Source: Rhizophagus irregularis
Lineage: Eukaryota
Direction of reading: 5' to 3'
NCBI RefSeq assembly: GCF_026210795.1
Contig: NC_089430.1
Location: 3,410,001 to 3,474,000, forward strand
Length of the DNA: 64,000 nt
Of the stretch, positions 1 through 13,312 are shown one piece after another (positions within the stretch are counted from its first letter, which is position 1; every line of letters starts with the position of its first letter). The position numbers were made by a program, and so were the translations under genes. The notes beneath the pieces were generated by a model. The model made no database searches. It was not told where the DNA came from and was given only the letters and a program-made list of their open reading frames with translations.

Positions 1-2384
1 ATTTTAACAATTGTTCAAATCGTGCAGTTGAACTTCCAAGGGTAAGAAGACGGGCGCCAGACATAATTGCATTACGGCTAGTTTTTTTAGCATGCTTAGG
101 ATCTTGTACACGAATAACAGGTCCTACGTTCGGAAAAATTGGGCAGCTGAAATCAACTCCAAGTTTATTATTTTTAAAAGTCAACCGTTCGTCTATTGAA
201 TATGACTGAATTGCAACTTGGGCTTTAAATTCAACAATAGCACCATCTAATCCGATTAATAAAATTGGAAGGTTAAGCTGTGGTGCTATCTGAGTTAATA
301 ATTCTTGATGAAAGCTGGTTATGATTGACATGTTATCAGATCCGTTATTGGCAATTAATGCAATAACTACTGGAGGAAAGTTCGGCAATGGTATCTAATA
401 ATTTAAATAGTAAGTATCGTTACTTACATTATATAATTATTTTGAATAAACAAATTACCTGCAATATATAAGCGCGCACATCTTTTGCAATCGCTTTTTT
501 TGTTTTAATATTATTAATAATTGGTTGAATGTCCTCATATTTATTGATTTTAGTTTGTTCAGTCGATAGTGTTGACCCAACAATACAACCTAAAACAGGA
601 TTATAGCGAAGGGCAGGTTTCAATTTGGTATTATCAGACATAGCAACAATAGGTCCCCGATAATTTAATGTATCAATTAGCCTTTTAAATTTGGCAACAT
701 TTTCAAATGAAAGGTTAGGATTTGTGAGGGTGTCTTCATTATTAGTCCGAAGTTTACTAATTTTTATAAAAATTGTTAATATTTTAGAAAGGTTAACAAA
801 TGAAGCAAGCAAACTGAACTGAAGGATACCGTATATTTTGAATTGTACGTCCTTCCAAATTTTGGCGAAAGAGATCAGCAAGCCGAGATGAAACTTTCTA
901 ATATAATAAGAAAGTTTGTAAAATCTTCATTATATTGAATATTTTGCTTGCCCTTATTATTATCTTTACGAATTGCAGCTTGGACCATAACTTCACAGAG
1001 TCCTGTAAATACAGGTTTTTCTTTAAATGCACCATTGGTTGCTTTATTTGCTAATATAATCCATATACTTGAATCATAATTGTCCTTAATAACAGACCAA
1101 ATTTCATGAAGATCCTGATTTTGCAAATGTTTTTTTAAAGAATTATTTTCAAAATAGAATTTTGGTGTAAATTTAAGATTTTCAGGTGCCGGTTTTGGTA
1201 TAGTAAGACGATGTGCCAATATAGGATTGTATTTTAGTAAATAACATTCATTACAAATCGTTTTTCCAGAATCGGAATATCCTGTGCATTCTTTAGCGCG
1301 TACAGCAATGCCTATTAACAATATTTGGAAAAGATTTTCATTAATTGATCAATTAGAATAAAAAAATAACGTAAATAAATATTTACAATCTTTATCAACA
1401 CGCCATTGAGATTCTGCATAAATTTTTCGATTTAATGCACGTTTCTGAAATGGCTTAAGTTTTTTTCTTGTAAACTTATGAGGAAATTTTCCAGGATATA
1501 TTTCCTTAGCAATTATTTCAACACGACGAGCTCCACCATAACATGCAGGTGTTCTATCAACATATTTTGCAATCAAATCTGAACGCAATCCTAAACATGG
1601 CTTTCTTTTTCTACCAGTTTGATTAGTTGCTGGATTAATAATCTCTATATTAGCATTTTCTTTTTCATTAATTCCATCCTCATTTTCATCTACTGTAATA
1701 ATATCGTCATCATCCATTGCATCTTCTACCTCACTTTCCCAATCATTCCAATCATCATCTGAATTTACATCATCGTCATCTTTTTTATCAGTTGTTGTAG
1801 GATTAAAAAAGCATAAAATACTTTTTTGTTCATTTCGTTTACATCCCGGACCATTTGCATGGCGGTTAATGTAATCTTCGTCATATTTCCTATTAAGTTT
1901 TATTACAACTCCACATATGCAGATTACCTTTTTAGCACGTACAACTTTAGCAACAAATGGATGTCTTTGTAAACGTTGTTTTGAGTATTTCCAGCCACCC
2001 ATAATGTGCATAAAAAATGTGTGTATATGAAAATAAAAGATAACAAATATGCAAAGATGATAACGATAATGTGTAAAGAATATGTATAGATAATGATAAT
2101 ATGCAAAGACAAAGATAATATGCATAAAAAAACGAAGAAACATTTTTTTATACTATTTTTATTATTTAATATATATAAAATATGATAATTGCCAGATTAG
2201 GTATTTGCTACGCAAACTCATAACCGAGTTTAGTTAAATTCATATTTTGTTACGCATCTAGAAATCTGACCAATTTAAAATTTAACTATTGGTTAAGCAA
2301 ATAAAAATCTCACATGGGGGTAAAATTTCTTATGACCGTTATGCAAATATAAATCTAACTTATTTATATATTGTTCGGGGTCCT
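1..2384 (-). mobile_element. Truncated DNA transposon with spliced P-element/THAP9-like DDE transposase gene; right terminus ...CGGGGTCCT
   Basis: Minus-strand ORFs 1349-2143, 875-1321 and 429-881 continue with introns toward base 1. They contain a Cys/His N-terminal motif (CICG...HANGPGC) and PIVAMSDNTKLK, resembling the first catalytic-D region of P-like transposases. The element ends in CGGGGTCCT at 2376-2384, the same terminus as the AGGACCC MITEs. Confidence 0.5.
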
Positions 2385-2667
2385 ACTCTGATTTTTAAGG
2401 TTGTACGATAATCTAATGTACACACTTTTATTTATTCCTTTTATAGTTTTTATAGTAATGTTTTTCCAAAAATAATATTTTATATAATATTAGAAAATTT
2501 CAAAGAATAAAATTAACAAAGTTGCGAATTTGCGAAATTTAAAATTTTCCAATACATTTAAATGGTGCTAACTTTATTTATATTTTAAAATTTTTTTTCA
2601 ATAGAAATGAATGGAACTACTTTATTAAAAAATGTGCAATAATACATTATTTGAAAACAATAAATTC

Positions 2668-5600
2668 CTATTCATCATGAACGACTGCCCCAAAATGTAC
2701 ACTTTGTAGCATAATTTCACGCACATTTTCAATTTGAATTCCTTTGTAATCTTCTTGAATCAATCTAACTGCCGCCTCAGGAATAAGAACTTCCTGCAAA
2801 TACTCCATTGGTGTTTGTGGTGATGCTAAAGACTTTGTTAAAATTTTTGTATCAATAAATAGCGTTCTTAAAGTTTCAGCGATTATAACAGCACCACGAA
2901 GTCCATAATAACCAGGCTAATTTGTTAATTGGTAATAGATTATTGTTAATTATAGAACATAAATGCATAAAATTAAATAAAAATATGAGTTACCTGAAAA
3001 TTCTCAATTCTATTCATGATACCCATAGGTGTATTGGCTTTATTCTTTCCAATTTCACGATATGCTCTCATAACATTTTCACGATAAACACTTTTGACCT
3101 TCTTTTTACAAATATCTAACAAATCAGATCGGAAAATTTCAACCCTTTTAGGAATAGCACTAAAATCTATTTCCATTAAATAACCTTTTTCAACACCATC
3201 TGGAATAATTTTTGTTTCTGCTATATGGATGCGACAAAATTTAAATTGTTCTACAACGTTTAGCTTTTTCCCCTGATATTTGACCAGTAGTTCTTTTAAT
3301 TTTGTAGATAAGAAAGAAGGTAATTTCTCCTCACAATAAGGACATACATCGGAAACCTTTAGTTATTTAGATTAGATTCAGTAAACTTCAATAACAAATA
3401 ACAAAAATGACTAAAATGTATAAAATTTTATTTACCGTTACATCCAGATCATCATTATCTTTATTGGAATTTTCTCTATTTGTCGTGTACTATATAAAAT
3501 TTATTGGAGTTATTGCATTTTATAATTAAATTAATTTAACGAAAATAAATCTTTTTACCATTATATTTGAAGGATTATTTTCTTTGTTTGAGATTTCCTC
3601 ATTTACAACGCGCTGTATATAAATAAATATGAAATTAATTATTTTGTAGCTATGTATACAATAAATAAATAATGAAAAATACTAATAAAATACCTTTTTT
3701 TTGGCTTTGTTTTTTGAGCACTAGATTCTATACTTGACTTTTTTCTTTTATTTGAGCGAACACCACCTTTTGCTTTTATATTCTGTGGATTTCTTATAAT
3801 ATTATCAGTTTCTCTAATCCAATTATTATTATATTCATTGTTAGCGGAAGTTATTTGTGCTTTTAATAAAATGGATAGTGATTCATTAAAAATTGGAGCA
3901 GTTTCGGGTTTTTGATTAACAAATCGCTGTAACCTCCAAATTGTACGATTAAGATTATATATATAATCTTATTCTAATTGTTCTAGTTGTATTACATTTT
4001 TAGAAGATGTAGCATAATGAGACTGTAGAGAATAGAAAGTTTTGTATTGATGCATAATTTCTACTTCTGTTGGATCTTTACACCATCGTAGCAAATACAT
4101 TTTTTTAGAAAATGAATCTAAATTGAGTTGTGTAGCAACGCATAATATATGACGACAAATTATTCCAGCAAAAGTCATGTATCTACATGTACAAGTAAAT
4201 AACTCATCTAGTAAATTATATTCTACAATTCTTTCACTACTTGAAGTTTCAAATCTTGTAACATGAAAAACCTTTAAATTTAACCCAGTATCTTGTAGAA
4301 TTAAACTTTAGTAAAAATAAATAAAATCAAATTAAATAATTATAACAATTGTATTTTAACAACTTAAAAAAAAAATTACCTTTCAGAGTCAACCAAAACT
4401 TCTTCACATTTATAACAAGAGGATTGTAATAATTGTTCTTGAAACTTCTTTAAAGCATAAATTGTTAATATTGAAGCTGCCTGTTTTTCAAATGGGCTAA
4501 TTGTCTTATATATTATATTTAATGTAGTTTCTTTATATTTGATAAATTCAACATCTTGTCTTCTACTATCTAATGCTGATTCAAAAGCATTGAGAAATCC
4601 TGACATAAAAGTGCTAGCATCCATATAGCCTTTCATTAAATTATTCATACTTTCCCCACGCTGAGTAGAGGACATTTCTCCCATAAAGACATCTTGGTTA
4701 TAGCAAATAACCCACTTTTCTTTACACTTTTCTAAAGTTTTTAAATAAGACGCAGCTTCTGGAAACATATTCTTTAAAGAATCCCATGCTAAACTAAAAT
4801 TTGTTTCATTAGTTTCATTTAAACAAGCGTAAAAATTATTTAAAAATGGCTTCCAATTAGAACTTAATTTTGAGATTAAATTTGTTGTAATGTTTTTTAC
4901 TAAATGCCATTGGCATAATCAGTGTTTTGTTCCAGCATTTTTAAATGTAATATTATATGCAGATGAAATTGCAGAATCATTGTCTGTAAGTAAAACTTTG
5001 GGAGCTTGATGATTAACCAATTGTAGAAATATATTAAATAGCCAAGTAAATGATTCTGTTGTTTCACTGTTCATCAATGCTCCGGCAAAACAAACACTCT
5101 GGCCATAATTATTTATACCTGTAAATATACCAAATGGTAGATCAAACCTATTTGTACGATAGGTATTATCAAAAATTATAACATCGCAAAATCTAGCATA
5201 GTTTATTCTTTGTTCTAAGAACATCCATATGGCAGATTCAAATTCATTTGTAATGGGATTAACTTTAACTACATATGCAAATTCATCATCTGCAGCTTTA
5301 TGCTGTTCTAATAATGTAACAAAATCTTGCGCATCAAAAATTTTTTGTTTTGTCGATCTATCTCCATAATTATATATAAAATTATAAATATCATCATAAA
5401 GACAAGTTATTTCTGGATGATCAAACTTTACTATGTTTCGAATGTCTGCTATTTTAGTTCCAGCTGCATGAAGATTGAAAATCTTTTCCTTAATATGTTC
5501 AGGTATTTCCCGATTATCTGGCATAAACTTTTTTACATGTAAAGGAATAAAACCATTGTTATGTGTTAAATTAATTTTAACTATAGTCCATAATCCATTA

Positions 5601-5935
5601 TCTTTAGATTTAATTCCTCTAACAATAAAAGGACAATTGCAGCATTGAGAAGCATGATTTCGAGAATTGTTACTGGTGTTGTTACTGGTAATATTTTCAT
5701 TTTTTTCATTTTTTTGCTTTATTGAACTTCCACTTCGTGAGCATACTATATCTCGCCATCTTATCTCTTTATTAAGTTCAAATTTTGCATGATCAAGTCG
5801 TACAGTAAATCCATGGTTTTGTGCATAGCTTTTTATATAAGTTTCAAAAGTAGTGTAATCTTTAAAAGTAACTCCTTCTTTAATATCTTGATTATTAAGA
5901 ACTTCAACATTTGTAGAGAAATCACTATTCGACAT
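2668..5935 (-). pseudogene. FAR1/MULE (Mutator-like) transposase with SWIM finger and C-terminal RTC4-like domain, multi-exon, premature stop
   Basis: Domains in order: FAR1 DNA-binding motif (YAQNHGFTVR...C...CNCPF...H); MULE domain (IIFDNTYRTNRFDLPF, LLTDND, LCQWH); STQRGESMN; SWIM (CTC...GIICRH); then CPYC...FCRIH, PGYYGLRG, EVLIPEAAVRLIQED. In-frame TGA at 4919-4921 where CGA (Arg) is expected. Stop TAG at 2668-2670. Confidence 0.8.
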
Positions 5936-5964
5936 TTTGTAAAAAAAATATATAATACTATATA

Positions 5965-7339
5965 CAGTCAACTCTCTTTATAGTCACACATTTGGGACAG
6001 TCCATATTTGGTGATTATAAAGAGATGTGACTATATAAAAAATTTCTTATATTAGTATATCATAATTCCGGCCAAAAATTAACATAATTTTGGCCAAAAT
6101 TATACTTAAAACTTTATTGTATTGTAACTCCTCCAATATTAATCGTAGAGAGATGATCTTACCGCCATTCGATTTGTCTTGATGAGACGGTTCTAATGGT
6201 ATAAAATACATCGAAATCCAATCACTAGATTAATTTCCGAAATTAAAAAAATATTAATGGTTTTTGTGTAATAACTCTGCTAATATTGATCCTAGAGAGA
6301 CGATCTTACTACCATTCGATTCGTCTTGATGCGACGAATCTAATGGTATAAAATACATCGAAATCCAATCACTAGATCAATTTCCGAAATTAAAAAATAT
6401 TAAATAGTTTTTAAGTAGTAACTCCGTCAATATTGATCATAGAGAGATGAGCTTACCACCATTCGATTCGTCTTGATGAGGCGATTCCAACGAGCTATTA
6501 ATCGTCTTTTTACAATCACTAGGTACCGAGATATTTAGCAAAATGTTAAATGGCGCAGTAAACGTAAATCAAGGAATATAATAATGCCGATGCTTAACAT
6601 TTTGTTGAATAACTCATCAGCCAGTGATCGTAAAAGGATAAAACTACTACCATTCGATTCGTCTCAGTGAGACGATTCTAACAAGCTATGGTACATCTTT
6701 GTACGATTATTAGATGCCAAGTTATTTAATATATTCTTTATATAACTGTGATTATAAACGGTTCTTTTTAATATAAGATTTTTGAGGATAGGTGTGATAG
6801 TGACTATAGATAGATTGTGACTATATAGGATAGATTTTAATAATACAGTCGGCTCTCGTTATAGCGAATTTTGATATAACGAATTATTTGGTATAACGAA
6901 TCTTTAGTGTTGTACCAATTTTAACATATAAAAAAAAATTTGCTATAACGAATATTACTAATTAAATGCTGTATACCGTTTAACGAAGTAAGTCTATAAA
7001 CTGTACATAATAAAATGACTCTTTTTATACCGAATTTCTTTTTATAACGAACTTTTTTTAATACAACGAAGATATTTTGTATAACATACGTTGTACATAA
7101 CATAAGAAATCATAATATACCACAATATACCAAAGTTTCATATGTTATACCAGATTTTCCCATTATATCGAAATTCGCTATATTTTATTAACGAATTTTC
7201 TTATAACGAAGGCCTGATTGGCCAAACCACCAACTTCGTTATATCGAGAGCCGACTGTAAAGTGTTTTGAACATTCAACTGGTGTGACTATATAGTAGAA
7301 TGTGACTATAACGGGAGTGACTATAGAGGGAGTTGACTG
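5965..7339. mobile_element. Tc1/mariner(pogo)-type non-autonomous MITE, copy 1
   Basis: TIRs CAGTCAACTCTCTTTATAGTCAC / GTGACTATAGAGGGAGTTGACTG with TA on both sides. A second copy spans 25939-43471. Confidence 0.85.
6846..7257. mobile_element. Nested Tc1/mariner-type MITE
   Basis: TIRs CAGTCGGCTCTCG / CGAGAGCCGACTG, TA duplication and internal TTATAACGAA repeats. Removing it restores the sequence seen in copy 2 of the host MITE. Confidence 0.85.
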
Positions 7340-7689
7340 TAATATATCACTAAATAAGAAATTTTAAATGAGAGAAATGAGAGAGAGAGATGATTATAAA
7401 TATAAACAATACTTTTATTATCCTATTGTATATGCACGTGATTTAAAAATTGTTTATTTCCTAATTTGTAACTATAGCACTTTAACTAGCACTTCATTTG
7501 ATTGTACCGGATTTACTAAATTTTACCAAAAATATGGTAATTTCAATTTTATTAATAAGGATGTACACTAAGATCGTACACATGATGCGTACGTTAAGAT
7601 TGTCCTACAGATTAGTTACGGCATTAAGACCTAATTACAGTATTACGATCTAATTATGGCATTACAACTTAATTACAGCATTACAACTT

Positions 7690-8405
7690 TTGCTTTTTAA
7701 TGTAGATAGGTTGCAACCTATTACATATGATACTGTGTCTTAATATTACAGTTACAGCTAACATCTTTACCCAGTATTGAATTAATCTTGCTCTATATGG
7801 TGCACAATCAATAAAAATCAACTGTATGGCTTCTTTGCTGGCTTTCATCTTTCCTTTTCCATTTTCACCTAGTCTTTTCAAATACTCATATATTGCACAT
7901 TTTTTGTTATATTCAGCAGCTGTTAAAATCTTCTGCTTTTCTTTAAGATCAGTCTTTAAATTTTCAATTCTTTCACCCACATCAAGTTGATTTTGTTTTT
8001 CCTCATCCATATCATCAAGAACGTCTTCAAAATCATCTGGTATTAGTTTATTATTCATAAAAGTTGATATTTTTATAGTTCCTTTTGCAGCTTTTGTAAA
8101 GAAGCCACTTGGTCTATATTTATCAAAATATGTTAATTTTTTTATTTTCCCAGTAAGATATAGTTCACGTTTTTTTTTTCCAAGTGGGTGTTATCTGACC
8201 AGGTTAACTCAAAAGGTTTATCTTCAAAAGCTTCTTTTTTATTTAATAAACTAAACTCTTCATCCCATTCACTGTCATTTTCATCACTCCATTCATCACT
8301 TAATTTATCACATCTATTAGATAGTCTTGGTCATTTTGTAAACTTTCTGTTATTATCTCGTAACTGTTCTTTTTCTCTAGTTTTTCTCTTAGATGGATGA
8401 GTCAT
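7690..8405 (-). pseudogene. Decayed N-terminal fragment of a probable transposase
   Basis: ORF 7681-8058 plus interrupted upstream frames. Lys-rich with acidic patch and ...KMKASKEA...ARLIQYW. Truncated, and no catalytic core is visible. Confidence 0.3.
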
Positions 8406-9957
8406 TGTTGTTGCGTGGGGAAATTAATAAAAAAAAAAAATGCTATTTTCATATGAAATTCATATAATATTTATCCTGATCACCAGTTTGAAATTTTCCA
8501 TTTTTCCATATAGATCATATGATTTATTCTCGAACTTTCAGACTTAATAAAATTAAATTTTTATATTAATTCTTAAAAAGTAAACTGATAGAAATGTTCA
8601 GCATATGCTATTCTATTAATTTATTGTTTTAAATTTGCATTTTACTGCTTAATTCTTAACGTATAAAATTTTAAAGTCACATGATATTTTTGTGGTTTAT
8701 AGGTGACGCACACCATATGATTATTGCAACAAAAAAATGGAATGGCAATCTGCATGAAACTGCAGGCAAAAAATTTATTGAGTGACTGGCAGCATTAATT
8801 TGATATATCGATCCACATTTAGATAAGTTTTGTGCTCGTTCACTTCATCTTCCAGTTTTATTTCAAGAACTCTCATTATACAAATAAAATACCATTTATA
8901 ACCAATTCTATCATCATGGTAAACACAAAAAAGAAAAATTGTCACATGCCAAACTGGAAGAACTTGTTCAATCATTATTAATTTCAGTAACACAACCTTG
9001 GACTTGCAGTAAAGTTTGGGAACCAATTATTCAAAAGGTATTAGAATTAATTCAAGTTATCAAAAAATATTCACATTATCTTAATATAGCAAATGAGCGG
9101 ATGCAAGAAATTCATCACAGTGATGTTCTAGCTCAAGATCTAACTGTTGATCTTAAGGTCTATACAATTAATAGTATCATGCATATGAAAAGAAGATATG
9201 GCGAATTATCAGAATTTTTAAAAAGTAAAGAAGATTATGAATATGTTAATTTAGAATCTTTTCTTTCAAATGATGTTTTCAAAAAACATATATATATTAA
9301 AGAATTGCAATTTGATGTAGCAGTAACAATTTATCAGTATCACCAAGGCAACTATCTTGGAACATTAAACTATATTTGAAAAGTTCCTTCTTGTTTTAAT
9401 GACCAAGATGAGACTAAATTAGCGCAAATAATGGCTAGCTTACAAAAGCTTTTACCTAAATTTTACACATGACAAATGTGAAAAAATGCTCTTCATAAGG
9501 TAATTTTTTTATAATTTTCATATTTTTACATTAATATTAAAAATACCAATTTTAATTAAAAAAATCAAATTATAATATTTCCTCATTAAACAAGTTACTC
9601 CAGCAGTTTTACGTACTCTTTATTATGATTTTACCGGTGATGCAGCAGTTACAAATGATGTAATTAGTAAAGACTAAAGAGATTAAAAACTGTTTGCGTA
9701 TTATGCTAGCCTTAGAGGATCTGACTATTATAGTTGATTTTTGCATTAATAATGGATTTAAAGGATCCACATTTGACGCATTTTAGAATGAAATGGCTGG
9801 TTTTTTCAATGAGGTAAGATAAATTTAATTTTATTTGTCTTATTTTTCATATTTACCAATTCTAATTCGCATTTTTTATTTAATTTACTAAAATTTTAAC
9901 TTAAAAAATACTTGCAGTTGATGATCGTCATCACCATGATATTATGTATATGCCTTT

Positions 9958-10236
9958 CACTGGTAAAAAAATGATTTATCCTACACATATCTTACACATA
10001 TTGGGTACTTAAAATGTAGAAAATCATACACAAATAATACACATATCATACACATATCGGGTACTAATATATATATCATACATATATCAGGTACCTGATA
10101 GGTATACTATATATATAAGTACCCGATATGTGTATGATATGTGTATTATTTGTGTATGATTTTCTACATTTTGAGTACCCGATATATGTAAGATATGTGT
10201 AGGATATGTGTAGGATAGACCATTTTTTTACCAGTG
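9958..10236. mobile_element. CACTA/CMC-like foldback MITE
   Basis: TIRs CACTGGTAAAAAAATG / CATTTTTTTACCAGTG with 3-bp TSD TTT. Excision restores the reading frame ATG CCT TTG GCT ATG. Internal ACACATATC repeats in inverted arrangement. Confidence 0.8.
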
Positions 10237-11519
10237 TTTGGCTATGTCAGTTCAGCATCTTCGTGATATTATAATCAAACGTTTGCAAAACAAATTTTCT
10301 ACTCCACTTCCTAATGAAATTCAAATTCCCTGTAGAAAATGGATTAGATTACAATTTTTTCCTACTAATCCCATTGGCCATTGCAGCTAGTGCAATCTAT
10401 TATACTGGTCGATTCAATGTCAAATTTCAAATTCAAACATGTCTTCTTCAGAAAAAACATTCTGATTTTCATTATTGTGCATGTTTGTTCTACTATTTGT
10501 GGGAATTTGCCATTCTTTTTCGGGACTATATTTGCTTAATTTGTGCAGATGACAAACACAAGGTTTCTATTGGTGAGGGAGTGGCTACTTCTACTGGAGT
10601 TCGTAACAAAAAATCCATGGTTCTAAAAAAAGCTAATTTGGTTGCATGTGATCACTATTTCACTAAATTATCATTGACACCTTCTGTTATTTTTATTTGC
10701 AAAGTTCCCTTAAGTATTGAAGAATCATTTTATGATAGACAAGTTTTTGTCTCTTATAAAGACACTATATTTCAATCCAGTACTGCTATCCGACATATAA
10801 CAGAATTTTTTAATACAATTTCTGCTTATTATTCACAAACAATTCCTCCCATTCTTTGCATTTATACTGATGGTAGTCTCGATCATTGAGTAACCTATGG
10901 ATTAGTCCAAATTTCTTTAATTTGTTTATTTCTTTGTGGGAATTTTGACATGTTAATTGCTTTCGTACAGTACCCCACCAAAGTTGAACAAATCCTGCTG
11001 AAAGAATTATGTCAATATTAAATTTGGCCTTACAGGGAGTAGCTTTAATATGAGAAACAATGTCAGAAGATATAGAAGTGTTGTTTGGAAAAGCTAATAC
11101 ACTAGAAGAAATCTGAAATCTTGCAACAAAATTACTTTAATTAGCAAGTGAATTGCAAAATTCAATTACTTTGATTCAAGAATTTCTTAAAGATCAAACA
11201 GAGAATCTTCGTTTACATAATGAACAATTTATTTGTTATGATCCAGCTCAAGAATTTGCCATTACAGAATTTTTCAATGTAAGTATTTATAGCGAAAATA
11301 TTTATGATTTTTAAATCAATACTTTATATTAATGTCTTTTTTTAATTAGACAATTTTAATAATTGATCAAACATTAAAAATATCAGAAACTACTGCTGAT
11401 ATTCTTTCTAAGAAAAATCTATTCCAAAATTTTATAAGAACTCATTGCAGGATATGCCATTATTATTTTCAGGTTCTATAAAAAATATTTTTGATTAATC
11501 TATAATACACTATTAAATA

Positions 11520-12182
11520 AGGACCCCGGACATCACATATATAACTTACATTTGAGTTTTAGCAAATTCAATCAAAATTAGGTTAAACTCATAATTTTAG
11601 AAAGAGTAAATTGATTGAAAATTAATTAATAGTCATAATTATGAGTTTTAGCAAATTGTATTGATTTTACAAAGTCATATTTTATATTTGAGCAAATTGG
11701 TACTTTTTTTTAAATTTAACTTATCCTTTGTTTTTAACTTTATAAATAATATTTTTAAAAATATTAGTTTCGGGGTCCGGGTCATATTATGGCCAAAATT
11801 AAGTATAATTCCGGCCAAAATTAAGTATAATTCCGGCCAAAATTAAGCATAATGTGGGCCAAAAACCCGTCCGTTTAGTTTCGCAACATTTTATTTTTTA
11901 ATAATTATTTATTTAATTTATTATTTTTATTAATTATTATTTTATCTATAATCTACATATTTTAATTATAAAAATTGGCAGTTTAATTTATATTAATCAT
12001 TTATTTTTTTATTGATAATAAAAAAAAGATTATTAACTCATATTTTGAGTTTTAGCAAATTAGTATAGATTTGAAATGTAATAATTTGATTTTTAGCAAA
12101 TTAGGTCTATTTTAGCAGGAGCAAAAAGTACTTAAATTCATGCAGATCAGTTATGAGTTATATATGTGATGTCCGGGGTCCT
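11520..12182. mobile_element. MITE, AGGACCCC-terminus family, 8-bp TSD
   Basis: TIRs AGGACCCCGGACATCACATATATAACT / AGTTATATATGTGATGTCCGGGGTCCT; TSD ATTAAATA. Confidence 0.85.
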
Positions 12183-13312
12183 ATTAAATACTGAATTTTA
12201 ATTTTATTTTATTACAGATAAAAAAATGCAATGATATATCTTGTACTCTATATAAGCCAATCCGTCTTCCTCATGATATTTTTGAAAAACTGGGAAATTT
12301 TTCTGATCCTATGCCATCAAAAGGTAATTGTCATATCAAATATAAACAATATGTAAAATGGCATTAATATTATTTTATAATATTAATATAGAAAATGATG
12401 ACCATTATGCTGCTTTCAATTCTGTTCACAATACTGAAACAAGTGAACCTCACAGACCATCTTTGGTGATAGCTTTGGAATCTGCTGACCATGTTCCTAA
12501 GGGTCTTCTCATCAATACAAAGGTCTAAACCTATATAGAATATTTTCAATGTGGAAAGTTACGATGCATTTATAGTGAACGAACATTAATATCTGATGAG
12601 AGACAAGAATTTGGATTAATTGAAAATGAAATGAATTATACTTGTGACTCTTTATTGGTTTCAGAAGACCATATTTTATACAACAAATTATTTGTTCGTG
12701 AGAAGATTACTTGTGAATTGCCTATTGAATTAGCCTATTATTCTTCAATATCTCACAGGCAAGGTTTAAAACAATTATGCTATTGGTGTGGAGTTGATGG
12801 TAGTTTTGCAGATCCTCAAGAAAATCTGGTAGCGAAATATAAATTTATTTTTCCATATTGTATTTGGTGCCTGAAGAATGGAAAAAATTATTTTTGTCAG
12901 GTTGAAATTAAAACTAATAAAAAGAAAGAGGTGGAAGTAACGATGTTCAATCTAACAATAGGAAGAAAAAAATGTAAAATACGTAGTTTAGTATTAATTT
13001 GTAAAAAATAAATAAATAAATACTAGCAGCACTAATGGTAATTTCAATAAATCACGTGATATTAAAGTTACTTATTGTTGTTAATAAGCCCTCCCTTCTA
13101 ATTTTTAAATCTTGTGATAATGTTAAACAGATTATCAATTTGGTCCAGCCTAAATTATAATTATAAAAATCACATGACTATGATATAACTTCAACCATTT
13201 CGACTTTAATTTCAACTTTTGACCTTTCCAAATCGAAATATTTCTACTTTTGGGCTTTAATTTTGACTTCATATATAACCTGAACTCTTTACAGCTTATA
13301 TTGAGTTAGGAC

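Larger units (their letters stand above)
8703..12960 (+). pseudogene. Zator/TP36-like DDE transposase pseudogene (spliced, many stops, two MITE insertions)
   Basis: Motifs ICADDKHKVSIGEG, ACDH(Y/D)FTKLSLTPSV, IYTDG(S)LDH and NPAERIMSILN, plus C-terminal Cys motifs (CYWCG...CIWC). Several in-frame TGA codons fall where CGA is expected. Confidence 0.55.

Noticed and set aside
6130..6720. CRISPR-like array
   Set aside because: Spacers are related to each other and not unique, there are no cas genes, and the repeats lie inside eukaryotic MITEs.
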